64,000 nt of DNA from Cyanophora paradoxa CCMP329 (Eukaryota; Plantae; Glaucophyta), in assembly GCA_004431415.1 (NCBI GenBank), contig QPMI01000593.1, positions 1-64,000 on the forward strand. Reading direction: 5' to 3'. Below, piece by piece: positions 36,224 through 48,200 of this stretch. Position 1 is the first letter of the stretch. Each line of letters opens with the position of its first letter. Under the pieces are notes generated by a model that had not been told where the DNA came from, made no database searches, and saw nothing but the letters and a program-made list of their open reading frames with translations. The translations under genes and the position numbers were made by a program.

Positions 36224-37475
36224 TTAGGGGACGTACTTGGCGAGGAAGCGGCGGTGGAAGTCGTTGCGGACGGTGTCGTTGATGAAGCGCTGTTTCTTGG
36301 TCGTCGGCTCCATGCGCGCCTGGTTCTTGAAGACGACGTCCTCGTCCCACCTAGCGGCGCCGTGAGCGGGAGAAGAGAGAGAGAGGGGGCCGGGCCGGGC
36401 GAGGCGGCGGGCGCGGCGCACCGCTTCTTGATTCCGAAGCTGACGGGGGCGTCGTTGAGGGCGCTCTGGAGCAGCGGGTTGCCGGTCATGACGGCCGCCT
36501 CCTTCTCCTTCGCCTCCTTGATCTTCCGCTCCATCTCCTGCGCGGATCGAGCGCCGCGTGAGAACGGCAAGGGACCCCACGGGGCGTGAAGCCCGGACGA
36601 CGAGACGGACCTTCCGTGCTGTTTCCTCTGCGCGCTCGCGTTTTATCCGCTCGAGCTCGCGCAGCAGCTCCGCCTCCTCGTCGTCGTCGTCCGCGTCGTC
36701 CTCCTTGTCGCTGTCGTCCTTGTCGTCCCTGCGACTAGCTCAGGCGCCGGAATGCCGCAGGCCAGACAGCCCCACGTACGCTGGCCGAGTTGGCTCCTCG
36801 TCCTCGTCATCGGCATCTATGTTTCTTGGTTTCGACCCCCCTTCCTTTCCTGCAGGAGGGTTCAGGCGGTCCAACTCGCCTGGAAGCGGGTCGCCGACCT
36901 TCGATGAGAAGGCGCCCTCTTTCACGCTCGCTCTCAATCACTTTCTCAGCTCGTTTCCGATCCTCTGCGGCGAAACAGGCTCAGCGGCAAGAAGAGGCCG
37001 ATGGCAGACGGAAGCGCAGACCCCTCTCGCGCTCCTTCTTCTCGACAGCCTTGCGCTCGCGCTCCTCAAGCTCGGTCCGCAGATCGCGCTCGGAAAGGTC
37101 GCCCTTGGTGTTCTGGCCGGTTTGGCTGTGCATGCGAGCGTACACGAGGCCGCGCGGTCAGGGCGGGGCCAGCCGTGAGGCGATGGCAGGCGAGCGGCGA
37201 CTAAGCACGCACCGAGTCTTGAGCGTCAGATGCCCAGGCTGATCACGCGCGGAAGTTTTCTTCGTGCCGCCATAGAGCTTGTTGGCGCCCTGCGGGGAAA
37301 GCGTGAGCCTTCGGCGGTGCCGCCAAGAAGCTACCGCCTACGACCGCATACCTGGTCTTCGTGCCCGATGGCGCTGTTGAAGGTCCTGCGGGCGACGAGG
37401 TTAGACTTGCGCAAGATAGACGGGAGGAAGGCGATGCGGAGCGTTTCCCACGCACGGCCTGTGAGCTGTCGTCAT
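36224..37475 (-). CDS. CWC15: Spliceosome-associated protein CWC15/Cwf15
   Basis: MTTAHRP|TFNSAIG...SARDQPGHLTLKT|R; EAELLRELERIKRERAEE; GNPLL; KKR|WDEDVVFKNQAR; RFINDTVRNDFHRRFLAKYVP*. Confidence 0.95.
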
Positions 37476-37657
37476 CCTGTCCGGCCTTCTTTTGACGAAC
37501 TGGCGGCCTCGGGTCGAGCGACCTCTACCCCCCCGAGTTGCGAAAAAAAGGAGGCAGGACAGCTCTGCCTCAGGGTTGCGGGCACATTGTAGACTCGGGC
37601 GTAGTCGGGCCTGAGGGCCACAGCCCCTAGCTTTCAGGCCTAGCCCACTCCTCGGCG

Positions 37658-40600
37658 ATGGGGACGGCGCGAGGCCCACCCGGCCGGCACACCGAGCCGC
37701 AGCATGCCACCGGAACCAGTCTTTACATCAAGCCTAGCGAGTATCTCGCTAGCACGCGGCTTCTCGTGGCCCCGATCCAGGATGTTGTGGCCTCGGCACC
37801 GGCGGGCTTCGACTTCGGTGGAACCGATCCGCGGGACGTGCGCGGGAGATTCAGACAAGCGCGTTTAGCCGAGTTCGGTCTCCGTGAACCGCGTCCGGAT
37901 CCGATGCAGACCACGCTGAGCGTGCGCGCCGATTTCATGCATGCTCGAAATCCTCGCGCCCAAAAAAGAGCTCGCCGATCGGGCCCTGCGCAGCCGCGAG
38001 GCTCCACGAACCGCATTCCCGCGAAGCCGCTCGACGAGGAGATCAGCGTTCTGAAGACGACGCGCGCCGTCCAGAAAGTGCAACGTGCCCGCATCCGGTG
38101 AGTCTCAGCAGCGAGCACGGGCTCTGGCAGCTCCGCCGCGACGTGACCGCGCCCCCACGAGCAGGCCGTACTACGTGCAAGTGACCGATTTCGACTCTGC
38201 GCTCGTCGGCGGCAAGGCGAGCGGGCCTCGCCGCGCCGCGCCGCCCGTCTGCGCGTGCCTGACTGGGGGCGGCACAGGTCATCCCCGTCCTGCCTCCCCC
38301 CGCGCCTCCCCCGGCCCTGCAGAGCACCGCTTCCCCTCGCACCCGGAACCTGCGGCCGGCGACGCGGCCGCACGGATCGCAGGGGGCGCCCCACCCGCCG
38401 CCGCCCGGGATCCGGACCGGCGGGGCGCGCCCCGCCACCTCGCCCCTCGTCGACGGGCCTCGCTGGATCCCCGCGTACCGCCCCCTGCGCAAGCACGAGC
38501 ACGGTCCGGCGCGCAGCCCAAAGCACTCCCTCCCGCCCCTCGAGCACCCGCCGGCGCCCCCTGCTGGGGCGGCAGCGGAGTCGGCGGCGGCGGCGGCGGG
38601 TGGCCCTCGCCTGCCCACAGTCGCCGAAGAGGCCTCGCCCCAGGCGGCGGCGGCCGCTGGCCCGCCGCCGCCGCCTGCGGAGGAGCCGCCGCGGTGCATG
38701 ACGCCGCCCCTCTGGGACTCGGACGAGGACGACGCGGACGGGCCGCTGGGCCCCGGGGAAGCGGAGGCCGAGGCGGAGGAGGAGGCGCTCCTGGAGGCGG
38801 AGGGCCAGGCGCCGGGGCCCGAGGACCTAGCGACGACGTACATCGCGTTGGACGCGGAGGAGCTCACCGACGAGGACATCCTTCCCCTCAGGCGCGCTCG
38901 ACTTGCTGGCATGCTTAGATCTTCTTCTGACTAGAGCCTGGCGCAGCGAGCGGCGGAGGTGGGCGCTGCACCGGCGGCGCATGCGGAGCCGGCGGCGGCG
39001 GGAGCGGGCGGAGAAGGAGGCCAGGGAGCGCGAGGCGGCCGAGCGGGCGGCCCGGGGCGAGCCCGAGCCCGAGCCCGAGCCCGAGGAGCCCAAGCCTGGG
39101 CCGGCCGGCCTCGCCCAGCCCGAGCCGGAGAAGGAGGAGGAGGCGGAGAAAGGGGCGGAGGAGGAGGAGGGGGAGGGGGCGGGGGGCGCGCGGTGGCCCG
39201 AGATGGTCCTGCGGGCTCCCGTGGACTGCTGGTGCTGCGCCGTCAAGGAGCTCCGCGTGCTCAGCCTCCAGGCCGAGGCGGCGCCGAGGCCCGCCCCGCC
39301 CCAGGAGCCCCCGCACAGGCACCGCAGGCGGCACGGGCGCCGCGGCCGGCGGGGCGTCGCGGCCGCCCCGGGCCCGGGCCCGGGCCCGGGCTGGCCGGCT
39401 CGCTGACGGCCTCCTCGTCGGCCGCGCTGCGGGCGCTGGCGGAGGCGGCCCCCGTGCTGTACCTGAAGAAGCGGCCCCTGACCCTCCTCGGCGACCCCGC
39501 CATCGAGCGCGCCCGCATCCGCGAGCTCGTCCAGAAGGCCCGCCCGCGCCGGCGCCGGCGCCTCCCATCGCTGAGGGCCGTCCGTGCAGGCGCGGCGCGA
39601 GGAGCGGCGGCGGGCGGCGCTGGCGCTGCAGTGCGCGTGGCGGGCGCACGTCGTCAAGCGGCTCGTCGCGGCGGTCCTCCGCCCGCAGCGCGCCGCCACG
39701 CGCATCCAGGCCCGCCCCGGCCCGCGCGCGCGCCCCCGCGGCCCCCGCCAACGCCAACGCATCCGCCCCTCCCTCCTCCCTTCCCCTCAGGCCGCCTTCC
39801 GGATGCACAAGATGCGCACCCGCGTCTTCCCCATCATGCGAGTCCGTGGGCCTCCCGCCCTCTCGCACCCCCGCCTGCCCCTGAACCCGGGCGCCCCCGC
39901 AGCGCGCCTGGCGGGCCATCCGCCGGTCCGCTCCGCCTCGGGCCCCGCTCCGCGCCGTCTCTGAAGGGGGAGGGGGTACAGGATCCAGGTCTTCTGGAGG
40001 GCGCGCACCCTCTTCTGGCAGTCCAGGGCCGCCCGCCGCATCCAGGTGCCCCCCCCCCCCCCCCCCCCTCCGGCCCTCCCCCCCTCCGTGACATCGCGTA
40101 CCCCCCCTCTTCGCCCAGACGGCGTACAAGGCCAAGGTGGCCCGGGAGGAGTTCGAGGACTTCAAGGATAAGCGCAAGAAGGCCGCGACCGAGGCGCGTA
40201 CCCCCCTTCTCTCTCTCCCCCCCTCCCCCGCTAACCTGCCGTTCGCAGATCCAGCGGCACGTACGCGGCCGGCTCACGCGCAAGGCCGTGCGGCTCCAGA
40301 TCAAGAGGGAGACCGAGGCCGTGGTGAAGGCGAGGCGGCCTCCCTGCCGGCCCCCTCCCGTCCTTTCTGACGGGGCGGCGCCGGCGCAGATCCAGAAATT
40401 CATGCGGAAGCGGTGGGCCGCTTGGCTTATCATCTTGCCGCGCGCGCGCGGCGGGCGGCGCGGTCGACTTTGAATTTGATCTCCCCTCTCCCCTCCCCTC
40501 CGGGCAGGTGGGCGGCGCAGGAGATGCTCTGGAAGCTGGAGGATCACCAGCGGGTCCTCCGGGACCAGGCCCTCCGCGTCCGCCCCGCCCCGCCCCCTCT

Positions 40601-41658
40601 CGTCTTTCTTCTTCTTCGGGTTTCTTCTGCCTTCCGGTGACGCCCGCTCCTTGCTCGCTCGCTTCAGCTCGTGGAGAACAACGGGGCCCTTGAGACCGAC
40701 GACGGTGCGCCGCGCTCCCGCGATCTAGAGCGGAGGGCTGGGTCACGGGCTGACGGATTGGGCAGGCGCCTTCATCGTGGCGGACTCGCCCTCGGCGGCG
40801 GCGAGCCTCGCCGAGGCGATGATGCGCGCCTCCGAAGGTCCGATCCGCGGCGCGCGCACCACGGACCCGCGCCGCCCCTCACGCCCCGGAGGACAGCGCG
40901 CGTCGCCTCCATGAGCCAGCCGACCGCCATCGCGACGCACGTGCGGCCCCGCCCCGCCCCACGCCGCCCCGCCCGCGCCGCCGGCGCCGACGCCGCCGGT
41001 AGGAGGCGATCATGAGCCTGGGGTCGATGAGGCCGGAGGGGCCGCTGAAGGACCTGAGCCCGCGGGGCCAGCCGCCCCGCTGGCCATGTCGCCGGAGGAG
41101 CCGCGCAGGCGCTCGCTTCCCCGCGCCGGCCCCAACGCCGGCACTGGCTCCAGCGGGAGCCTGCGCCCGGCGAGCGCCGGCCCCGGGTCGTTCCGCGAGG
41201 CCGCCGAGGCGGCGGCCCTGGCGGAGGAGCTGGGGCTGGACCTGGCCGCCCCGCGCGGCCCCGGCCGCGGCGCCGCCGCCTCGGGCGAGGGGCTGGCCGC
41301 CCGGCTCCAGCCGCAGGACTCGGCGGCCGAGCCCGAGCCCGAGGACCCGGCAGCCGAGGCCGAGGCCGATCGCGGGAGCCCGGCGGCCGAGCCCGAGCCC
41401 GAGAGCCCGGCAGCCGAGCCCGATCGCGGGAGCCCGGCGGCCGAGCCCGAGCCCGAGAGCCCGGCAGCCGAGCCCGATCGCGGGAGCCCGGCGGCCGAGC
41501 CCGATCGCGGGGCGGCCCCCCAAGAAGAGGAAGAAGAAGAAGGAGCCGCGCAATCGATATCGCCGTCGGCGCCCGACGTCGACGAGCAGCCGGCGCCCAG
41601 AGGCGACGTCCTCGGGCTCGAGGACCCCGCCCAGGAGGATGGCGATGCTGCTCCCTGA
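37658..41658 (+). CDS. Large IQ calmodulin-binding motif protein; multi-exon
   Basis: IQ motifs LQCAWRAH, ATRIQ|AAFRMH, RIQVFWRAR, ARRIQ|TAYKAK, IQRHVRGRLTR and IQKFMRKR. An acidic repeat tail runs to TGA at 41658. The start codon is inferred. Confidence 0.7.
41322..41510 (+). repeat. Coding tandem repeat with a ~54 bp unit (SPAAEPEPESPAAEPDRG), ~3.5 copies
   Basis: Visible in both the DNA and ORF 41086..41658. Confidence 0.85.
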
Positions 41659-42081
41659 TCATGAGTGCCTTCACTGAGTCTCTGCAGCTGCATGCTGCAG
41701 ATATATATTTTAAAATGAAATCGATATCCTGAAATGCGCCAAGCTCAGGCGGTACCTCAGGCGGAGCAGGCACGTCCTAGGACCCAAGTGCATGCATATG
41801 CGCAAGCCGCCAAGGCCCGCCATGATCAGCCGCGCCGATCATCGGATCAAGCTTCACGGAAGCGCCGTGACGCCGAACGCGTCCCCGACCCCCATTAAGG
41901 GTAATCTGCAGCTTAATTGCATCATCTTGCATGCATGATATATATATCGATATCATATATATATGATCGATCGAATTTCGAAAAATTGGCCCGGAAGGAC
42001 AAATTATTTATATAAGACAAAGACGAATTAATAATTTATACATACGTATAATATACATATGTATATTTTGCAATTTTTCAG

Positions 42082-44586
42082 ATGGGGATCGACATCGGAA
42101 AAAAAAGGCGCGCGCGCGCATGGAAGCCCATTGCACGAAGCTCACACCCATTGTTCCGATCTGCTTCCGGGTACACCCCGATTTGTAACCCTTAAGGGTT
42201 CGACTAAAGCTTCTCTGCAGCTGCTTCTGGGCAACCCCCTCCGACCACTGCTTCCCCTCGAGCAGCAGATTTGGAAGCTTGCAAGCAGGCCTGCGCAGCA
42301 GCTTGTGAGCAGCAGCAGTCGGCTCGTCGCACCCGAGCCGAGTCCGCAGCACTCGGAAGCGCCGCGCTCGCAAAGTAGTTGTCGGCACGCGCCCAACCGC
42401 GACCGCGGTCTCCCAAGCGCGGCGTGTCGCGGTGCTTTCGCCCTGTTTCGGACCATGGACTTTCGTCTCCCTGGGAATCCCGTGCGCTCCCGTCTTTCCA
42501 CGGAGCTTGAGGTCACGCCGTCGCGGGTGTCTCGCTCATCCCCTACGCCCCCGAACAGGCAAACAACTACGACGAGAGCTCTCTCGCTCTTGTACCGAAG
42601 GCGGAGACAGATGTGGCGAAGTTCCTGAAGCCCGGCCCAAGCCGCACGAAGTACAGCGAAGAGGAGGACATGGCCCTTGAGCGTTTTGTGTCCGAGCACA
42701 CTGACCTCAAGATTGCGGGTGAGCAGCATTCCGCCTTGTTCTCCCGCGCTGAACTCACGCCGAACGCCAGGGAACGTCCTCTGGCGCGAGGCAGCTCGCC
42801 AGGGCGTACGCTTCCGCGCGTCGTCGTGGCCCGAGCCGTGAGCGCTGACGACTGGCCCGCAGGTCACTTCGCATTCGTGGCAGTCGATGCGAGACCGGTC
42901 CGCGCCCGGTGCCTGCCTTTCCGTGGTCTTGCCTGACCCTTGCCGCCGCCAGATACCTGAAACGCCTTCTGCCGAGGATGCGGCAGCGCCAGTCGCGGGG
43001 CGTCGAGGCGCCCCTGGCTCTCCCCGCCCCGACGAGCTCCTCGTCGGGCAGCCCCATTCCGTCCGCGGTCCCCGTGGCGGTGGCCGTGGCGCGCCAGGAG
43101 CGCCCCGCAAAGCGGCAGCGCGCGTCGCGCGTCGTTCTCCCTCCGCTGGAGCCGAAGGCGCAGGACGACGCCGACGCGGCCTCGAGCGGCAGCTCCGTCC
43201 CGCCGGCCCAGCTCGCCCCGGCGCAGCTGATGCTCCCCCCCGGATTCCTCAACCTTCCCCATGGGAACCTCCCCGGCGCGGCCTTCGAGTCCCGTGCGCA
43301 CGCCTCGGGCCTGCCGACGCGGCCGGCCGCTGACCGCGCCTCGCCACTCCAGAGCCCGCGCGCATGGTGTCGTGCCGGGTCTGCTGCCGCGTGCACGCCG
43401 AGCCGGAGTCGCTGGCCGAGCTGCAGATCGGCTGCGGGCCGTGCCGCCAGCACTTCCACGCTATGTGTCTCCTCACGCACTGGCTCCGCCGCTGGCGCGA
43501 GGACCCCCACACGTCCCCCTGCTGCCCCGTCTGCGGCACCATGGTCACCGCCCGCTGGCAGGCGCGCCGCCCCCGCCCCGACCCGCCCCGCCGCGCCGCC
43601 GGGAGCCGGCAGCCGGCCGATGCCTTCCGCAGTGGTCGGCCCTCCTGCGCGCCGCCATCCGCACGGGCGACGAGGCGACCTTCGACGCGGTGCGGCCGCC
43701 CCGCCCCGCGCCCGCCCCGCCCCGCGCGGCGCCGCCGGTGCTCTGGCCTGGCCTCGCTGACGCGCGCGGCGCGCGCCGCGGTGGCAGGTCCTCTCCAAGG
43801 GGTCCCCAGACCTCGCCCACCGCTGCCCGATGGGCATGACCGTGCGCCCCGCCCCGCCCCGCGCCGCGCCGCTCCGCCCGCGTGGCCCGCCTGAAGCGGG
43901 CGGACGGGCGGGCCGGCAGCTCCTGCACTACTGCGCGGCGAACGGGACGCCGGCGATGATTCTGGCGCTGATCCAGCGCATGCCGTGGGCGCTGACGGCG
44001 ACGGACGCGGCGGGGCGCACGGCCTTCGACCTCTGCCCGTGCCCCGACCCCAGCATCAAGCGCTCCCTCCTCCCGCTCCCGCACCTCTCGCCCCTGGGGC
44101 CGCCCCCGGGGCCCCCCGAGCTTTTTCCTGGCTTATCCGCAGCTCGGGTGCGCCGTATCCCCCTCCCGCCCGCCCCGCTTCCCCCGTCCCGCCGCCGCCC
44201 CGCCGCCGCCGACGCCGCGCAGGTTCTCAGCACCTACGGACTTGCCGGACTTCTGGCCCTGATCTGGGGCGACCTCCCCCGCATCGACCGCCACATGGGT
44301 GCCGCCCCCCCCTCGCCCCTCTCCCCGTCCACCCCACCACTGACGCGCCCAACCCCCCACCCCCCCCTCAGGCGTGGAGACGCTGCTGGCGGCTGCCTTC
44401 GAGGGGGACTGGGCGGAGGTGCTGGACGTCCTCCACGCGCTGGGGATCCCCCTCGACACGTTCCGCAAGCCCTGCTGCGACCACTGCCGCTCCTTCAAGG
44501 CTACCCCTCTCGAGGCCGCCCGCGAGCTCGGCCGGCCCCGCATCGCCGCACGCCTCCGCGAGCTCGCCGCCCTGCCCACAGCCTAG
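42082..44586 (+). CDS. Rap1/TERF2IP-type Myb domain + RING-like zinc finger + ankyrin repeats; 5' end uncertain
   Basis: Myb: RTKYSEEEDMALERFV..IAG|NVLWREAARQG|VTSHSWQSMRDR|YLKRL. RING: CRVC..CGPCRQHFHAMCLLTHW..CPVC. Ankyrin: GMT|LLHYCAANG..DAAGRTAFDL and ATPLEAARELGR. Stop at 44586. Confidence 0.75.
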
Positions 44587-45206
44587 GCGCCAGCCGCCCG
44601 GCCGCCCGGCCGGTCGCCCCTTTCCGCCCCGCCCCGTCCCGTTCGTTTCTTGTGTGTCGCTTCGCTCGCTCCGTTCCTAGTAGTTGCCAGTGTATTTCTT
44701 CTGCTTCGTATTCTCAGTTCAGGCACAGGTTTTTGAACTACTCTGGCACATTTTATCGCTTCTCTACTAACTAGGGCTTCGTTTCGTGTTTAGATAGATG
44801 ACCCAGAGCGCGCAGCTCAGCTTTCATTGTTTCCGCTTCGCGCTTTGTATTGTAGTTGGCGTCGCTCGCGTTTCTTGTACCTTACAACAGGACTCCGGTG
44901 CCGCAAGGGGCACGATCCCGCGCCGCACGTGCACCCGTATCGCGATGAATCAGCACGCGTTTACTAGTATGACCAGTGCTCGACTCTGTTTACGTACGTA
45001 TACGTACCAGAAATTCAACCTCGCAGCGCAGTGTTTTAAACGCACGCCCTCCCGCACAAGCTTCAACTGCGGCGCCTGGCCCGTGGGGAGTACAACAGGG
45101 CGTATATTATTACACCCGAGCCCGCAGGCGGCCGGCGCTCTCTCATCGAGCGGGCGGCGGTCGGGCGGGCGTCGGGACAAACTGTACAGGGAAGGAGCTC
45201 GGCCGG

Positions 45207-48200
45207 TCAGGCCTGAGGGGCGGGGGGCGCCGGCGGGGCCGGGGCCGGGGGCTGGAGGAGGGCAAAGAGGTCGGAGAGGGCGGGGGAGAGGTCCGCTGAG
45301 GGCGCCTCGGCGGCCAGCGCGGCGGCGAGGGGCGGGGCGGCGGCGGCGGCGGCGAGGGGCGCGAGGACGGCCGGGAGGGCGGCCGCCCCGCAGCGGGCGC
45401 GGGCGGGGGCGAGCCGGCGAGGAGGAACCCGAGGGCGCGGGCGACCAGCGCCGCCTCCGCCGCGCACCGGCGCGCGTCGGCCGGCGCCCCGTCGGCCGCC
45501 GTCTCCATAGGCTCGGGCCCGGCGGCCCCCTCAGCCTCCGAGGCGGCGGGCGGGGGCGCCGAGTCGCCGCGCATGAGGTCGCCGAGGGAGGCGAGGGAGG
45601 CGAGGAGGGCGGCGAGGCGCTCGGCGAGGCCCTCGGAGAGGGGGCCCGCCGCCTCCCGCGAGCGCCCCGCGCCGAAGTGCGCGCGCACGAGCGCCGCCGT
45701 GCGCGGCAGCGCGAGGAGCGGGAGGCGCCGCTCCAGGACGGCGCATGCCGCGCGGGAGACCCTGCGAGGGGGCGATCGGGTCAGACGCAAAAGGCCTAGA
45801 GGGCGGCGAAAGGCAAACAAGCGGACCACGGGTCGTCGGCGACGGACGGCTCGCCGGCGTCGGCGAAGGCGATGAGGACGCCGGCGGCGCGCTCGAGGGC
45901 GCGGACGGGGAAGGGGGCGGGGGCGGGGCGGCCGGCGGCGGTCCACTGGAGGAGGGCGGCGGTGGCGGGGCCCGCGAGCTCGAGGGCGGCCATGCCGGCG
46001 AGGGCGACGGCGGCGGGGGCCGAGGCCGGCGGGAGGGCGCGCGCAGCCGCCTCGGCCGCCGCGCAGCAGCAGTCCACGAAGCACTCGTACAGGTCCACGT
46101 CGAGCCCCGCCAGCGGCGGCTCCGGGCCGGGCGAGGCCGGGCCCGCCGGGGCCGCGGCGGGCGGCGCCCCCGGCCCGGGCGAGAAGCGCGGGCTGAAGGC
46201 CGCGCTCGGCGAGTAGGGGTACAGGCCGTAGGCGGCCGCAGCGGCGTAGGGGCTCGCGGCCATCGAGCCGCCGTACCCGTACGGCGAGGCGGCCGCGCTG
46301 TAGCCGTACCCCCGCTGGGGCGAGCCGGCCTCGGAGCCGTACCCCCCCGCGACGGGGCTACCCATGAGGGACCCGTACACGGCGGCATCCTCGGGGGAGC
46401 CGTACCCGTAGCCGGCGGGGGCGGCGCGGCCCCAGGCGCCGTACCCCCCGCGTGGCCGCGGGTGCGCGGCGTGGCGGGCGAGCCGATCGGAGTGGCGTCG
46501 CCGGTGGCGGGAGGCGGGGAGTGGGCGCGGGCCGGGGCCGGCGCCAGCGCGGGGCGGGGCGGGGGCGGGGGCGTGGGGCGGGGCGGAGAGGGTGGGGACG
46601 GGCCCCGGGCGGGCCCGAGCGAGTCGAGGAAGTGGGCGTGCAGCTGCTCGAGCGCCGCGGTGGCCGTGGAGCGGCAGACGGGCAGCGCCGCGCGCACCGC
46701 CCGCAGCGCCGCCACGCGCGCCGCGGAGGGCACGCGCACGCCGGGGGCAAGCGCCACGTCGAGGGCGGCCCGGGCGACCGCCGCGCGCTCCCGCTCGCGC
46801 TCCTCCCGGCCCCAGTACAGCGCCGCGTGCTCCCGCAGCTGCTGCTCCCGCGTCCGCGCCGGCGCCGGCGCCGGCGCCGCGCCCTCGGCTTGCGCGGCGG
46901 CGGCGGCCTGCGCGGCGGCGACGGCGTGGTGGTAGGCGGCCGCCGCGTCCTCGTACAGGCGCGCCAGCAGCGCGAAGCCGCCGGCGAGGGCCTCGCCGGC
47001 CGCCGCCAGCGCCGGCCCGCCCCGCACCGCCTCCGCGTGCGCGGCTTGCAGGATCTGAGTGAGTCAGGCGAGCGAGCGAGTCAGACATACGAGGAGGGGT
47101 ACAGTTCGGGGACGGGGCGGGGCGGACGCGGGGGAGGACGCTGGAGACGGGGTACGTGCGCTTGTGCTCGTCGGCGGGCGTGAGCGCGCAGTAGAAGGCG
47201 ATGCGGTCGTCGGGGGTCTCGAGCGCCACCTCGAGGTACCGCACCGCCTGCACCAGGTTCGGGCCCGCCGCCGCCGCGTTGCCCCGCACCGCCCCGTTCA
47301 CGATCCCGTACAGCGCGCTGCGAGAAGAGCGTAAGCTCAAGGGAAGCAAACGAGGAAACAGAGGGGGCGCGCGCGCCTGCGGAAGGGCGGCCCGGCGCGG
47401 GCGGAGACGACGCGGCAGAGGGCGAGGAGCTCGTCGAGGGCGTCGGGGGGCACGTCGGCCGCCCACTGCAGCCCCAGCGCCGTGATCTGAAGTGGAAGTT
47501 AGAAGAAGGGGAGGAGGAGGAGGAGGAGGAGAGGAGAGGAGGGGGCGGACCGCCCAGGAGAGGTTGTGGTGGACGGGGGAGGCAAGCCCCTGGGCCTGGG
47601 CGTGCGCCGAGGAGTAGAGGAAGTCCCGAGCGGCGTCGAAGCCCTCCTGGGGGGGAGGGGGGGGAAGGGTCAGGGGGGGGCAAGGATGGTGGGGGGGTAC
47701 GGCGCACGACGGCGTTGGAGGCGACGAGGCGCATGAGGCGGTAGAACCTGCGCCCCGTTTGACGGTTGCGGGCGGGGCGGGGCCGGGACCGGGGCGGGGC
47801 GGGGCGGACCAGGGGAGGGTGGCGCGGTTGAACTGCCGGATCGACTCGTCCTGCCGCACCTGCCGCCCGCTCAGGTGAGCCCGGGCGAGGAGGAGCCGGA
47901 GGGCGGCGAGGGGGGGGGGGGGGGGGGGGGGGACAGCGCACGTGGACGTAGTAGCGTATGAGGCGCTCGGCGATGGCGTACGAGAGGAAGACGCCGCCCT
48001 CCTAAGAGGGGGGGGGGGGGGGGGGGGGAGGAAAGCCTCAGGGCGGGTGCGGGCGGGCGGGCGGGCGGGGGCGCGCCTGGCGGAGGGCCGGGGGGCCAGC
48101 ATCGCCTCGTGCGTCCGCCCCGCGAATCGCGCGTTCGCCACCTGCGGGAGGGAGCCCGCGTCGGCCCCGGCCCGGGCTCGCTCAAAGGCCCCGCCTAAAA

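Noticed and set aside
41880-41900. CCCCGACCCCCATTAA resembles the inner part of the Helitron-like 3' ends
   Set aside because: It lacks the GC hairpin and the CAAG terminus.
45395-45420. Apparent frameshift near the USP C-terminus suggesting recoding or a pseudogene
   Set aside because: It is more simply a 1 bp assembly error in GC-rich sequence. The assembly has many long G/C homopolymers.
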